Assembly (NCBI GenBank): GCA_035306825.1
Contig: DATGNI010000067.1
Location: 5,736 to 69,735 of the forward strand
Reading direction: 5' to 3'
DNA from: Azoarcus sp.
Lineage (GTDB): Bacteria > Pseudomonadota > Gammaproteobacteria > Burkholderiales > Rhodocyclaceae
Length of the DNA stretch: 64,000 nt
Shown piece by piece: positions 54,634 to 64,000 of this stretch. The notes under the pieces were generated by a model. That model was given only the letters and a program-made list of their open reading frames with translations. It did no database searches and was not told where the DNA came from. The translations under genes and the position numbers were made by a program. Position 1 is the stretch's first letter. Every line of letters begins with the position of its first letter.

Positions 54634-55095
54634 ATGACCGAACAAGCCCAATCCGTTTTCTCGATCGAAAAGATTTTCGTAAAGGACCTCTCGCTCGAAA
54701 TTCCTCACGCGCCGCAGATTTTCCTGCAACTCGACAACACCAAACTGAACGTTGAACTGAGCACCGGCGGACGCAACATCGAAGAAGGCATTTACGAGGT
54801 CACGCTGACAGCCAATGTCTCCGCCACCACGGCCGATGACCGCACCGCCTTTCTCATCGAAGCCCAACAGGCCGGCATCTTCCAACTGCGCAACATCCCC
54901 GAACAGGATCTCGAAGCGGTCATGATGGTCGGTTGCGCAAACATTCTGTTCCCGTATGCGCGCGAAACCATTTCGAACACCCTGATCCGCGCCGGCTTCC
55001 AGCCCGTGCATCTGCAGCCCGTCAATTTCGAAGCCCTGTACCAACAAAAGAAACAGCAGGAAGCTGCCGCTGCCGCCCCCGCACAGGAACAGTGA
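54634..55095 (+). CDS. secB: Protein-export chaperone SecB
   Basis: FSIEKIFVKDLSLEIP, QQAGIF, ILFPYARE, PVNFEALY. Confidence 0.96.
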   Translation: MTEQAQSVFSIEKIFVKDLSLEIPHAPQIFLQLDNTKLNVELSTGGRNIEEGIYEVTLTANVSATTADDRTAFLIEAQQAGIFQLRNIPEQDLEAVMMVGCANILFPYARETISNTLIRAGFQPVHLQPVNFEALYQQKKQQEAAAAAPAQEQ

Positions 55096-55096
55096 C

Positions 55097-55546
55097 ATGA
55101 AACTTCGCCATCGCCTCTTCGGCCTCTTTGCCCTCCTTATCCTGGCACCTGTGGCCTCGGGCGCGGGCGTCGAGTTCCGCTCCATTAACGAGACATCCAT
55201 CCTGTACGCAACGCCGTCGGACCAGGCACGCAAGCTCTACATCATCAAGCGCGGAACGCCGGTGGAAATCGTCGTTGTCATCGACAACTGGGCCAAGGTT
55301 CGCGATTCGAACGGCGCCTTGAGCTGGATTGAAGAACGTCGCATGTCGCCCGCACGCACCGTCATGGTCACCGCCGAACCCGTGGCCGAAATTCGTTCTG
55401 CGCCCGAAGAGGCGGCCGCCAAGGTCTTTGACGCGGCCACCTACGTGATCCTCGAACTCGTGACTCCGCCGGATGACGGATGGGTGGAGGTGAAGCACGA
55501 AAACGGCACCGGCTACGTCCGGATCAATCAGATCTGGGGAGTCTGA
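55097..55546 (+). CDS. Exported protein with two bacterial SH3 domains
   Basis: Signal peptide; WAKVRD..G..SWI and WVEVKH..G.GYV; secB-SH3-gpsA order. Confidence 0.85.
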   Translation: MKLRHRLFGLFALLILAPVASGAGVEFRSINETSILYATPSDQARKLYIIKRGTPVEIVVVIDNWAKVRDSNGALSWIEERRMSPARTVMVTAEPVAEIRSAPEEAAAKVFDAATYVILELVTPPDDGWVEVKHENGTGYVRINQIWGV

Positions 55547-55550
55547 AACG

Positions 55551-56543
55551 ATGCGCATCGCGGTACTCGGCGCAGGTTCCTGGGGCACAGCGCTCGCCGT
55601 GGCTTTTGCTCGCGTGCACGAAGTGGTGCTGTGGTCGCGAGAGGCTGAACAGGTCGACGCCCTTGCGCGCGAACGGATCAACCATGACTATCTGCCAGAC
55701 GTGCCGCTGCCGGATTCGATCCACGTCACCGGCAATCTCGACCACGCAGCCGATACGGACCTGCATCTCGTGGCGACCCCGCTTGCCGGTCTGCGCGACA
55801 CGGTGCGCGCTCTTGCCGCGCGCCGGCCCGGCACCCCGTTGCTGTGGGCCTGCAAAGGGCTCGAAATCGACAGCGCACGGCTGCCGCACGAAATCGTTTT
55901 TGCCGAAATTGGCCGCAACGCTCCCTGCGGTGCGCTGACCGGACCGAGCTTCGCCGCCGAAGTCGGCGCCGGTCTTCCGACCGCCATCACCCTGGCTGCA
56001 AACGATCGCGCCTTTGCCAGCACCTGGGTGCGACATCTGCATCAACCCCTTTTTCGCATCTACGCCAATGATGATCTTGTCGGCGCTGAGATCGGCGGCG
56101 GCCTGAAGAACGTCATTGCCATCGCCGCCGGCGTTTCTGATGGCATGGGCTTTGGCCTCAACACGCGCGCAGCGCTTATCACGCGCGGGTTGGCCGAAAT
56201 CACCCGTCTGGGTGTCGCGCTCGGCGCCCGCCCCGAAAGCCTGATGGGGCTCGCCGGCATGGGTGACCTCATTCTCACCTGCACAGGCGACCTGTCGCGT
56301 AATCGACGCGTCGGCCTGGCGCTGGCACGCGGTGAAAGCTTGCCGGACATTTTGCGCACCCTCGGACAGGTCGCCGAAGGCGTGCCGACGGCTCGCGCAG
56401 CGATGATGCTGGCCAAACGTCACAACGTCGAAATGCCGATCACTGAAGCGGTCAACACGCTCCTGCATTCTGGCCACGCCAGCCCGCGTGAGGTCATCGA
56501 ACAACTGCTCGCGCGCGAACCGCGCTACGAACCGGATCGCTGA
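55551..56543 (+). CDS. gpsA: NAD(P)H-dependent glycerol-3-phosphate dehydrogenase
   Basis: GAGSWGTALA, GPSFAAEV, KNVIAIAAG, GDLILTC, SRNRR. Confidence 0.97.
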   Translation: MRIAVLGAGSWGTALAVAFARVHEVVLWSREAEQVDALARERINHDYLPDVPLPDSIHVTGNLDHAADTDLHLVATPLAGLRDTVRALAARRPGTPLLWACKGLEIDSARLPHEIVFAEIGRNAPCGALTGPSFAAEVGAGLPTAITLAANDRAFASTWVRHLHQPLFRIYANDDLVGAEIGGGLKNVIAIAAGVSDGMGFGLNTRAALITRGLAEITRLGVALGARPESLMGLAGMGDLILTCTGDLSRNRRVGLALARGESLPDILRTLGQVAEGVPTARAAMMLAKRHNVEMPITEAVNTLLHSGHASPREVIEQLLAREPRYEPDR

Positions 56544-56723
56544 AATACCCAGCGCTTCGCGGGCACCATACTGTTCGCAGAACGTGCTCAATGCGGCCGT
56601 CACAGACGGCCACCAGTCCATTGTTGTACGTCACTGTACGTCACGATTGGCGGTGGTCAATCTCTAGCCGAACCCATCCGGATGCGCCTCTTCGAATGGC
56701 TCCCGCACGGTACGAATCACCCT

Positions 56724-57197
56724 TTACCGGACTGAACTTTCAGTTGTGGCAAAGCCGCATTGTCTCCACGCCTCGAACACCACCACCGACACCACGTTCG
56801 AAAGATTCATGCTGCGACTGCCCTCGCGCATCGGAATACGCAGCACCGCGCCCGCAAGCTCGTCCAGAACATCCTGCGGCAAACCTCGCGTCTCTGACCC
56901 AAACAACAACACATCGCCAGGCCGGAACTGCACTTGATCATAGCGCTGCCGGCCTTGGGTGCTGAAAGCAAACCAGCGTCGATCTGCGAGCGCTTGCCGA
57001 CACGCTTGCCAATTGTCATGCACGGTAACGTGCGCAAGATCGTGATAATCCAGTCCGGCGCGCGCAAGGTTTTTATTGTCCAGATCGAAGCCTAGCGGGC
57101 GCACCAGATGCAGGCGCATCCCCGTGTTCGCGGCAAGACGGATCAAATTCCCCGTATTGGGCGGAATTTCAGGCTGGTAGAGAACGAGATCAAACAT
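56724..57197 (-). CDS. trmL: tRNA (cytidine/uridine-34-2'-O)-methyltransferase
   Basis: PEIPPNTGN, RAGLDY, FGSETRGLP, RSMNLSN. Confidence 0.95.
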   Translation of the reverse strand: MFDLVLYQPEIPPNTGNLIRLAANTGMRLHLVRPLGFDLDNKNLARAGLDYHDLAHVTVHDNWQACRQALADRRWFAFSTQGRQRYDQVQFRPGDVLLFGSETRGLPQDVLDELAGAVLRIPMREGSRSMNLSNVVSVVVFEAWRQCGFATTESSVR

Positions 57198-57207
57198 GAG
57201 CAGAAGC

Positions 57208-57891
57208 TTACAACGTTCGGGCAACCACGACATTCTCCACCCGAACCGCCCCCGCCCGCTTCAATTCGCGCGCAAACGATTGCAACGTTGCTCCGGTGGT
57301 CATCACATCATCCACCACCACTACCGAACGGCCCTCAAACTCCGCGCCGGCCTCAAAGGCGTTGCGCACATTGCGATGGCGTGCGCTCCCTTTCAGATCG
57401 GCTTGCTTCGGCCCGGCGCGCACTCGCTTGGCGACGTCCACCCACAGCGGTAAACCCCACGCGTGCGCAAGGGGTCGGGCAATTTCAACCGCTTGGTTAA
57501 AACCGCGTTTTCGCAGCCCGCTCCCATGCATCGGCACCGGTATTACGCATTCCGCTTCCGGTCTACGCCCTGTTTCGAGCAGAAGCCCGCTAAAATACCC
57601 CGCCAAAGAGAGACACTGACGGTATTTCAGTGCTTGCACCAAACGGTCGGCAGGAAACGCATAGGCGAACGCCGCATAGGTCGCATCGTAGGCGGGCGGC
57701 GCTTTCAGACATCGTCCGCACACGCCTGGGGTCGACAGCGGCAAGGCACATACTTCGCATGCCGGCACTGCTTCGCGTGGCAGTTCCGACATGCAGTCCT
57801 CACACACGGGTTCACCACCTGCCGGCGCGCCACACAGTACGCATGACTGAGGCAGCAAACGGTCAAGCGCCATACGCAGCAGGTTTGACAC
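57208..57891 (-). CDS. comF: ComF family competence protein
   Basis: Double zinc ribbon, [16 protein letters not shown] (PRT motif). Confidence 0.92.
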   Translation of the reverse strand: MSNLLRMALDRLLPQSCVLCGAPAGGEPVCEDCMSELPREAVPACEVCALPLSTPGVCGRCLKAPPAYDATYAAFAYAFPADRLVQALKYRQCLSLAGYFSGLLLETGRRPEAECVIPVPMHGSGLRKRGFNQAVEIARPLAHAWGLPLWVDVAKRVRAGPKQADLKGSARHRNVRNAFEAGAEFEGRSVVVVDDVMTTGATLQSFARELKRAGAVRVENVVVARTL

Positions 57892-57946
57892 CAGTACCCC
57901 CTACACGGAACATGCGCGAAACGCGCAGGATAGCAAAGGATACGCA

Positions 57947-58933
57947 ATGACAACGGAATTGGCAGCCCCTCTCATGAAGCCCTCAGAGAGCACCAGCACA
58001 GCACACCAGTGGAACACCGCAAACGTTCTCGAATTATTCGAACGCCCCTTTCTTGACCTCATTCATGAGGCGCAACAGGTACATCGCGCACACTTTCCCG
58101 CCAATGCCGTTCAGCGCTCCACCTTGCTCTCGATCAAGACCGGCGGTTGCTCGGAAGACTGCGGATACTGCTCCCAATCCTCGCGCTATGACACCGGACT
58201 GGAGAAAGAGCGCCTGATGCCTCTTGATGAAGTGCTGAAAAGCGCTCGCGCGGCCAAAGAAAAAGGTGCTTCTCGTTTTTGCATGGGAGCGGCATGGCGT
58301 GGCCCCAAAGATCGCGACCTGGAGCCGGTGCTGGAGATGGTGCGCGAAGTCAAGAAACTGGGATTGGAAACCTGCGTCACCCTCGGCATGTTGCGTGAAG
58401 GCCAAGCCGAAAAACTCCGTGACGCGGGCCTCGATTATTACAATCACAATATCGACACCGCGCCCGAGTTCTACGGCAACGTCATCACCTCACACACCCT
58501 TCAGGACCGATTCGCCACCCTCGACAAGGTACGCGAAGCCGGCATTCATGTGTGTTGTGGCGGCATCGTTGGGATGGGCGAAGGCCGTCGCGGACGTGCC
58601 GCGATGATCGCCCAGCTCGCCAACATGAATCCACCGCCGGAATCGGTGCCGATCAACGACCTCGTGCCGATTCCCGGCACGCCGATGGCCAGCGCCGAAG
58701 ACCTCGATCCGTTCGAATTCGTCCGCAGCATTGCCGCTGCGCGGATCACCATGCCGCAGTCCGTCGTGCGCCTGTCTGCCGGTCGTCAACAGATGAGCGA
58801 CGAATTGCAGGCCTTGTGCTTCATGGCCGGCGCCAACTCCATCTTTTACGGCGACCGCCTGCTCACCACGGACAACCCGGAAGCCGATCGCGATGAAAAG
58901 CTGTTCGAGCGTCTGGGGCTCAACGGCATCTGA
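57947..58933 (+). CDS. bioB: Biotin synthase
   Basis: Radical [32 protein letters not shown]. Confidence 0.97.
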   Translation: MTTELAAPLMKPSESTSTAHQWNTANVLELFERPFLDLIHEAQQVHRAHFPANAVQRSTLLSIKTGGCSEDCGYCSQSSRYDTGLEKERLMPLDEVLKSARAAKEKGASRFCMGAAWRGPKDRDLEPVLEMVREVKKLGLETCVTLGMLREGQAEKLRDAGLDYYNHNIDTAPEFYGNVITSHTLQDRFATLDKVREAGIHVCCGGIVGMGEGRRGRAAMIAQLANMNPPPESVPINDLVPIPGTPMASAEDLDPFEFVRSIAAARITMPQSVVRLSAGRQQMSDELQALCFMAGANSIFYGDRLLTTDNPEADRDEKLFERLGLNGI

Positions 58934-58952
58934 CGCTCGCGCCGGAGGTTAT

Positions 58953-59603
58953 GTGCATCGCCCAGCCCCCACCTGGCTATTTGATCTCGACAACACGTTG
59001 CACAACGCCAGCACGCATATTTTCCCGCACATCCACCGCAGCATGACGGCCTATCTCGCCCGTCATCTTGGTGTAACCGAGGAGCAGGCCGATGCATTAC
59101 GCATCGGTTACTGGCGCCGCTATGGCGCTACGCTGGCCGGGCTGATGCGCCACCACAATACTGACCCCGGTCATTTTCTGAGTGAAACCCATCGCTTCGA
59201 CAAACTGCATGAACTGATGGTGTTTGATCGCGGTCTGGCCGCCACGTTACGCCAGCTTCCCGGGCGCAAGATCGTGTTCTCGAACGGGCCCACCCAGTAT
59301 GTTGAGGCCATACTCGGAACAATGGGAATTCGCCGGTTGATCGATGATGTGTTCGCCGTCGAACACATGCGATTCGAACCCAAACCCAGCGTGCACGCTT
59401 TTCGGCGTTTGCTGCGCAGCCATCGCTTGCGCGCGACCGACTGCGTATTGGTGGAGGATTCTGTCGAGAATCTGCGCACCGCGCGACGTCTGGGCATGAA
59501 AACCGTGTTGATCGGGCGCGGACACGGACGTCCCGCACACACGGACCTGAAGATCCCTTCGGTATTGGATCTGCGCCGACATCGCCTACGGCTGTTCAGC
59601 TAG
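58953..59603 (+). CDS. Pyrimidine 5'-nucleotidase (HAD family)
   Basis: SD GGAGG then GTG; WLFDLDNTLH, FSNG, KP, VEDS..NL. Confidence 0.88.
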   Translation: MHRPAPTWLFDLDNTLHNASTHIFPHIHRSMTAYLARHLGVTEEQADALRIGYWRRYGATLAGLMRHHNTDPGHFLSETHRFDKLHELMVFDRGLAATLRQLPGRKIVFSNGPTQYVEAILGTMGIRRLIDDVFAVEHMRFEPKPSVHAFRRLLRSHRLRATDCVLVEDSVENLRTARRLGMKTVLIGRGHGRPAHTDLKIPSVLDLRRHRLRLFS

Positions 59604-59685
59604 GCCCCTGTCCGCTGCAGACCAGAATCGGCGTGAACGCGCGCTCAACAACCTCTACGCGCTTGTTCACGGCCGGTTGATTCTG

Positions 59686-60860
<1,175 letters not shown>

Positions 60861-60884
<24 letters not shown>

Positions 60885-61493
60885 TGTCTTCCCGTTCAAG
60901 CCAAGCCAGCCGGCCACGGTGCGCTCCACTTCTTCCATGCCCTGACGCTTGAGACTCGAAAACAATTGCACCGTGACCTGCCCGTCCAGCCCCTGCGCAG
61001 CAAGCTCCTTGCGCACCGCGGCCAACGTTGCCGCAGCCGGTCCCCGCGACAGCTTGTCGCTTTTGGTCAACAGGATATGAATCGGCCGGCCGCTGGGCGC
61101 AAACCAGTTGATCATCTGTCGATCCAATTCCGTCAACGGCCGCCGGGAATCCATGATCAACACCAGGCCGGTCAGGCTTTCGCGCTTTGTCAGGTAGCTT
61201 TCGAGCAATCCCTGCCATTGTTTGCGCACCTCCAATGGCACCTTGGCATAGCCATACCCCGGCAGATCAACGAGCGCCGCACCACAATTCAAACGAAAAA
61301 AGTTGATCAACTGAGTTCTGCCCGGCGTCTTCGACACAAAAGCGAGTCGAGTGTGTGCAGCCAGGGTATTGATTGCACTGGATTTGCCGGCATTGGAACG
61401 TCCGGCAAAGGCGATTTCCGCACCTTCTGGAGGCGGGAGACCGGACATTTTTGCAGCTGAGATCTCGAAGCTGGCGTTGCGGAAAATCGACAT
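60861..61493 (-). CDS. engB: Ribosome biogenesis GTPase YihA/YsxC
   Basis: [28 protein letters not shown]. Confidence 0.96.
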
Positions 61494-61730
61494 AAGGGAG
61501 AAAAACAATGCGCGTCAGGAGAATTTCGGGCTTGAAAGATCATCGCGACTCGGCGAGAAACATGAACCGTTTCCCCCGCCAACACGGCAGATTATCCTCA
61601 AACTCGAAATTTCACGGACCCGACTGATAAAGGAAATTTACAGGGCTTCGCTCAGTTACCGCGACTTCATATAGAATACAGCGTTTATATTTACAGCTCA
61701 CAGTTTTCTGAGGACATCTGAGGATACCCA

Positions 61731-62369
61731 ATGATCAAGCGCTCTATTCTGCTTTCGCTGCTTCTGATCGCCGGCGGTTCGCACGCCCAGGATCGCACCC
61801 CGGACCTCGACAATGCGAAGGAAATCGCCACGACCGTCTGTGTCGCCTGTCATGCGGTGGACGGCAACAGCCCACTTCCCGACAATCCAAAAATCGCCGG
61901 ACAGGTGCCAGAATATCTCTACAAACAGTTGGTCGACTTTTCTTCCATTGATGGCGAAGAAGCCGCCCGCCCCAGCGCGATCATGGCGGGTATGGTCGCA
62001 GCGTTGTCTGACGACGACATGTACGATCTCGCCCATTACTACGCGCAGCAAACGCCCGAGCACGGCGTCGCCCAAAATGATGACAGCGTGGAATTCGGTC
62101 GCAAGGTCTGGCGTGGCGGCATCGTGGAGAAAGGCGTTCCCGCCTGTGCAGCCTGTCATGGCGCGAGCGGCTCCGGCATGCCCGCGCAGTATCCGGCACT
62201 GGCTGGCCAGCACGCCGAATACACGCTCTTGCAGCTTCAGGCCTTCCGCGATGACGGTCGCGCCAACGATCCAGCCGAAATGATGCGCATGATCGCACTC
62301 AAGATGACCGACAAGGAAATGGCGGCGGTGGCGGATTACGCCGCTGGAATGCGCCACATCGACGACTGA
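61731..62369 (+). CDS. Diheme cytochrome c4
   Basis: Signal peptide; CVACH and CAACH; P.IAGQ/P.LAGQ; divergent from engB. Confidence 0.93.
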   Translation: MIKRSILLSLLLIAGGSHAQDRTPDLDNAKEIATTVCVACHAVDGNSPLPDNPKIAGQVPEYLYKQLVDFSSIDGEEAARPSAIMAGMVAALSDDDMYDLAHYYAQQTPEHGVAQNDDSVEFGRKVWRGGIVEKGVPACAACHGASGSGMPAQYPALAGQHAEYTLLQLQAFRDDGRANDPAEMMRMIALKMTDKEMAAVADYAAGMRHIDD

Positions 62370-62390
62370 TCCGGCAACGCAGCTGCACGG

Positions 62391-62420
62391 AAAAATGGCG
62401 ACCTTCGGGTCGCCATTTTC
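62391..62420. terminator. Terminator after cytochrome c4
   Basis: AAAATGGCGACC-TTCG-GGTCGCCATTTT. Confidence 0.82.
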
Positions 62421-62516
62421 ATGCAATCAGGCAGTATCGGACTCGAGCCGGACTCCCGGATCGGCGGAACAATAACGGCGGCTCATCCGTCTGTTCATCC
62501 AACTCGATCCAACTTG

Positions 62517-63341
62517 TCATGGCCGTTCGCGGTGCCGTCTTCGCCCGGCCGCCAGACGCTCAATCTCCTGGGGTGTAAAACCGGCCGCCAGCCGTTCCTT
62601 CTCAGCCAGCGGCGGCTGAGGATACGGCACGTCAAAACCGTCCATCAACGCCAGATAAGTGCTTTCCGGTTCCAGCCCGCGCTCGGCACACAGAACACGA
62701 AACCAGTGATCGCCCAGCGCCACGTGACCCACTTCGTCGCGCAGGATGATTTCGAGAATCCGGATGGTTTCCTCGTCTCCAATACGGCGCAACTTGTCAA
62801 TGATGACCGGCGTTGCGTCCAATCCGCGCGCTTCCAGCACGCGCGGCACCAGCGCCATGCGTGCGAGCGCATCCCCCGCGGTGCGCCGCGCCATATCCCA
62901 CAGGCCGTCATGGGCGGAAAAATCACCGTAGTCACATCCAAGCTCTTTGAGCCGTTCGCGCAGCAAAGAAAAATGTGTAGCCTCTTCCGCCGCCACCTGC
63001 AGCCATCCCGTATGGAATGCCTGCGGAAAGCTGCGAAAGCGCGCTACACAGTCGAGTGCAAGATTGATAGCGTTGAATTCGATATGGGCGATTGCGTGCA
63101 ACAACGCCGCATGCCCTGCTGGCGTCGTCGGTTGACGGCGTGCGAGCTGTGACGGAGGCACCAGCCGGGGCCTGCCCGGTCGGCCAGGTTCGCCAAGCGG
63201 CGTGCGGTCATCTTCGCCCGGCACAACCTTCAGACGACCATCCAGCCATTCCTCATGCAGAGCCAATGTGCGCGCACATTTTTCCTGCGGGTCACAAACG
63301 TGCAGCACCTCTGCCGCAACCTGATGCACCGATCTTTTCAT
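62517..63341 (-). CDS. Ferritin-like di-iron protein (DUF455)
   Basis: LHAIAHIEFNAINLALD, EEATHF, LEARGLDATP, DEVGHV. Confidence 0.9.
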   Translation of the reverse strand: MKRSVHQVAAEVLHVCDPQEKCARTLALHEEWLDGRLKVVPGEDDRTPLGEPGRPGRPRLVPPSQLARRQPTTPAGHAALLHAIAHIEFNAINLALDCVARFRSFPQAFHTGWLQVAAEEATHFSLLRERLKELGCDYGDFSAHDGLWDMARRTAGDALARMALVPRVLEARGLDATPVIIDKLRRIGDEETIRILEIILRDEVGHVALGDHWFRVLCAERGLEPESTYLALMDGFDVPYPQPPLAEKERLAAGFTPQEIERLAAGRRRHRERP

Positions 63342-63435
63342 GGCGGGATTATAAGGGAGAGGCGCACGCTCTTTCTGCAGTCACCGACCGGTTCAGGGAT
63401 AATGCGTAGATTCGCTTCATCTTTCTGGAGGAACA

Positions 63436-64000
63436 ATGAACCCTCTCCCCAAAAACAGTTTGCCAATCGCGGATGCGCGCAAAGCCATCCTTGATCCTCT
63501 CCTGCCGATTCAGGCGCATGAATGCGTACAGGTACGCGACGCTCTGGGGCGCGTGCTGGCTGCGGATGTAATCGCTCCGTGCAACGTGCCGGCGCACGAC
63601 AACTCGGCCATGGACGGCTACGCGTTCCGTTTTGCGGATCTGGGTGAACACGGCGAAACAACCTTCAAGATTGTCGGCACCGCTTTCGCCGGACGGCCGT
63701 TTTCCGGTCAAATCGGTTCCGGCCAGGCGATACGCATCATGACCGGCGCGCGGGTACCGGCTGGTGCCGACACCATCGTGGCGCAAGAAGCCACCCGCAG
63801 CGAAGAGAACACCGTTTTCATCGGCGCCGGCCACAAACAGGGCCAGAACCTGCGCCGCGCCGGCGAAGACCTGATGCTTGGAAGCGCCGCACTGACCGCC
63901 GGCACCCGCTGCGGCCCGGCTGAGCTCGGCCTGATCGCCTCACTCGGCATTCCCGAGGTGCAGGTGTATCGTCGCCTGCGCGTCGCACTGTTCTCGACCG
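63436..64000 (+). CDS. moeA: Molybdopterin molybdotransferase (N-terminal part; runs off the window edge)
   Basis: Hand translation MNPLPKNS...ALGRVLAADV...DNSAMDGYA...RIMTGA.VPAGADTIV.QE...NLRRAGED...VALFST. Not in the ORF track. Confidence 0.94.
   Translation, partial: MNPLPKNSLPIADARKAILDPLLPIQAHECVQVRDALGRVLAADVIAPCNVPAHDNSAMDGYAFRFADLGEHGETTFKIVGTAFAGRPFSGQIGSGQAIRIMTGARVPAGADTIVAQEATRSEENTVFIGAGHKQGQNLRRAGEDLMLGSAALTAGTRCGPAELGLIASLGIPEVQVYRRLRVALFST

Noticed and set aside
61494-61730. A roughly 39-codon ORF after GGGAG, and the direct repeat TCTGAGGA upstream of cytochrome c4
   Set aside because: It lies in a divergent promoter region with a random-looking peptide; the repeat is just the SD region duplicated.

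Overview
A 64 kb GC-rich chromosomal core region of a betaproteobacterium. Gene content and order suggest Rhodocyclales (Azoarcus/Thauera-like); this is inferred from synteny and protein style, not from a search. It is almost all housekeeping: apbC(partial)-metG-sulP-acyP, dnaE, uvrD, leuS-lptE-holA-proA-ogt-xerD, hns, folB/plsY/tsaD, rpsU-yqeY-dnaG-rpoD-tRNA-Ile2, gloA, ffh (1-bp frameshift), pilBCD, aspS, nudB, argB, cysQ, moeB-ctpA-envC-gpmA, arsR-rhodanese-grxC-secB-gpsA, trmL-comF-bioB, hemB-engB, cytochrome c4 and moeA(partial). I found no CRISPR array, prophage or transposase. The items worth a second look are: (1) an Asp-less receiver/TPR protein, an exported RNase Sa-type nuclease and barstar, translationally coupled inside the aspS-nudB run; (2) a stand-alone ACP / adenylation enzyme / BtrK-like decarboxylase module next to cysQ; (3) a 216-nt element bounded by inverted repeats plus a second hairpin element, both candidate ncRNAs, at 48351-48720; (4) an anti-hemB-type sRNA with a well-spaced sigmaE-like promoter; (5) a 57-aa small ORF after tRNA-Ile2 that the ORF track misses; (6) a solitary mrr gene. 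None is proven novel from the sequence alone.
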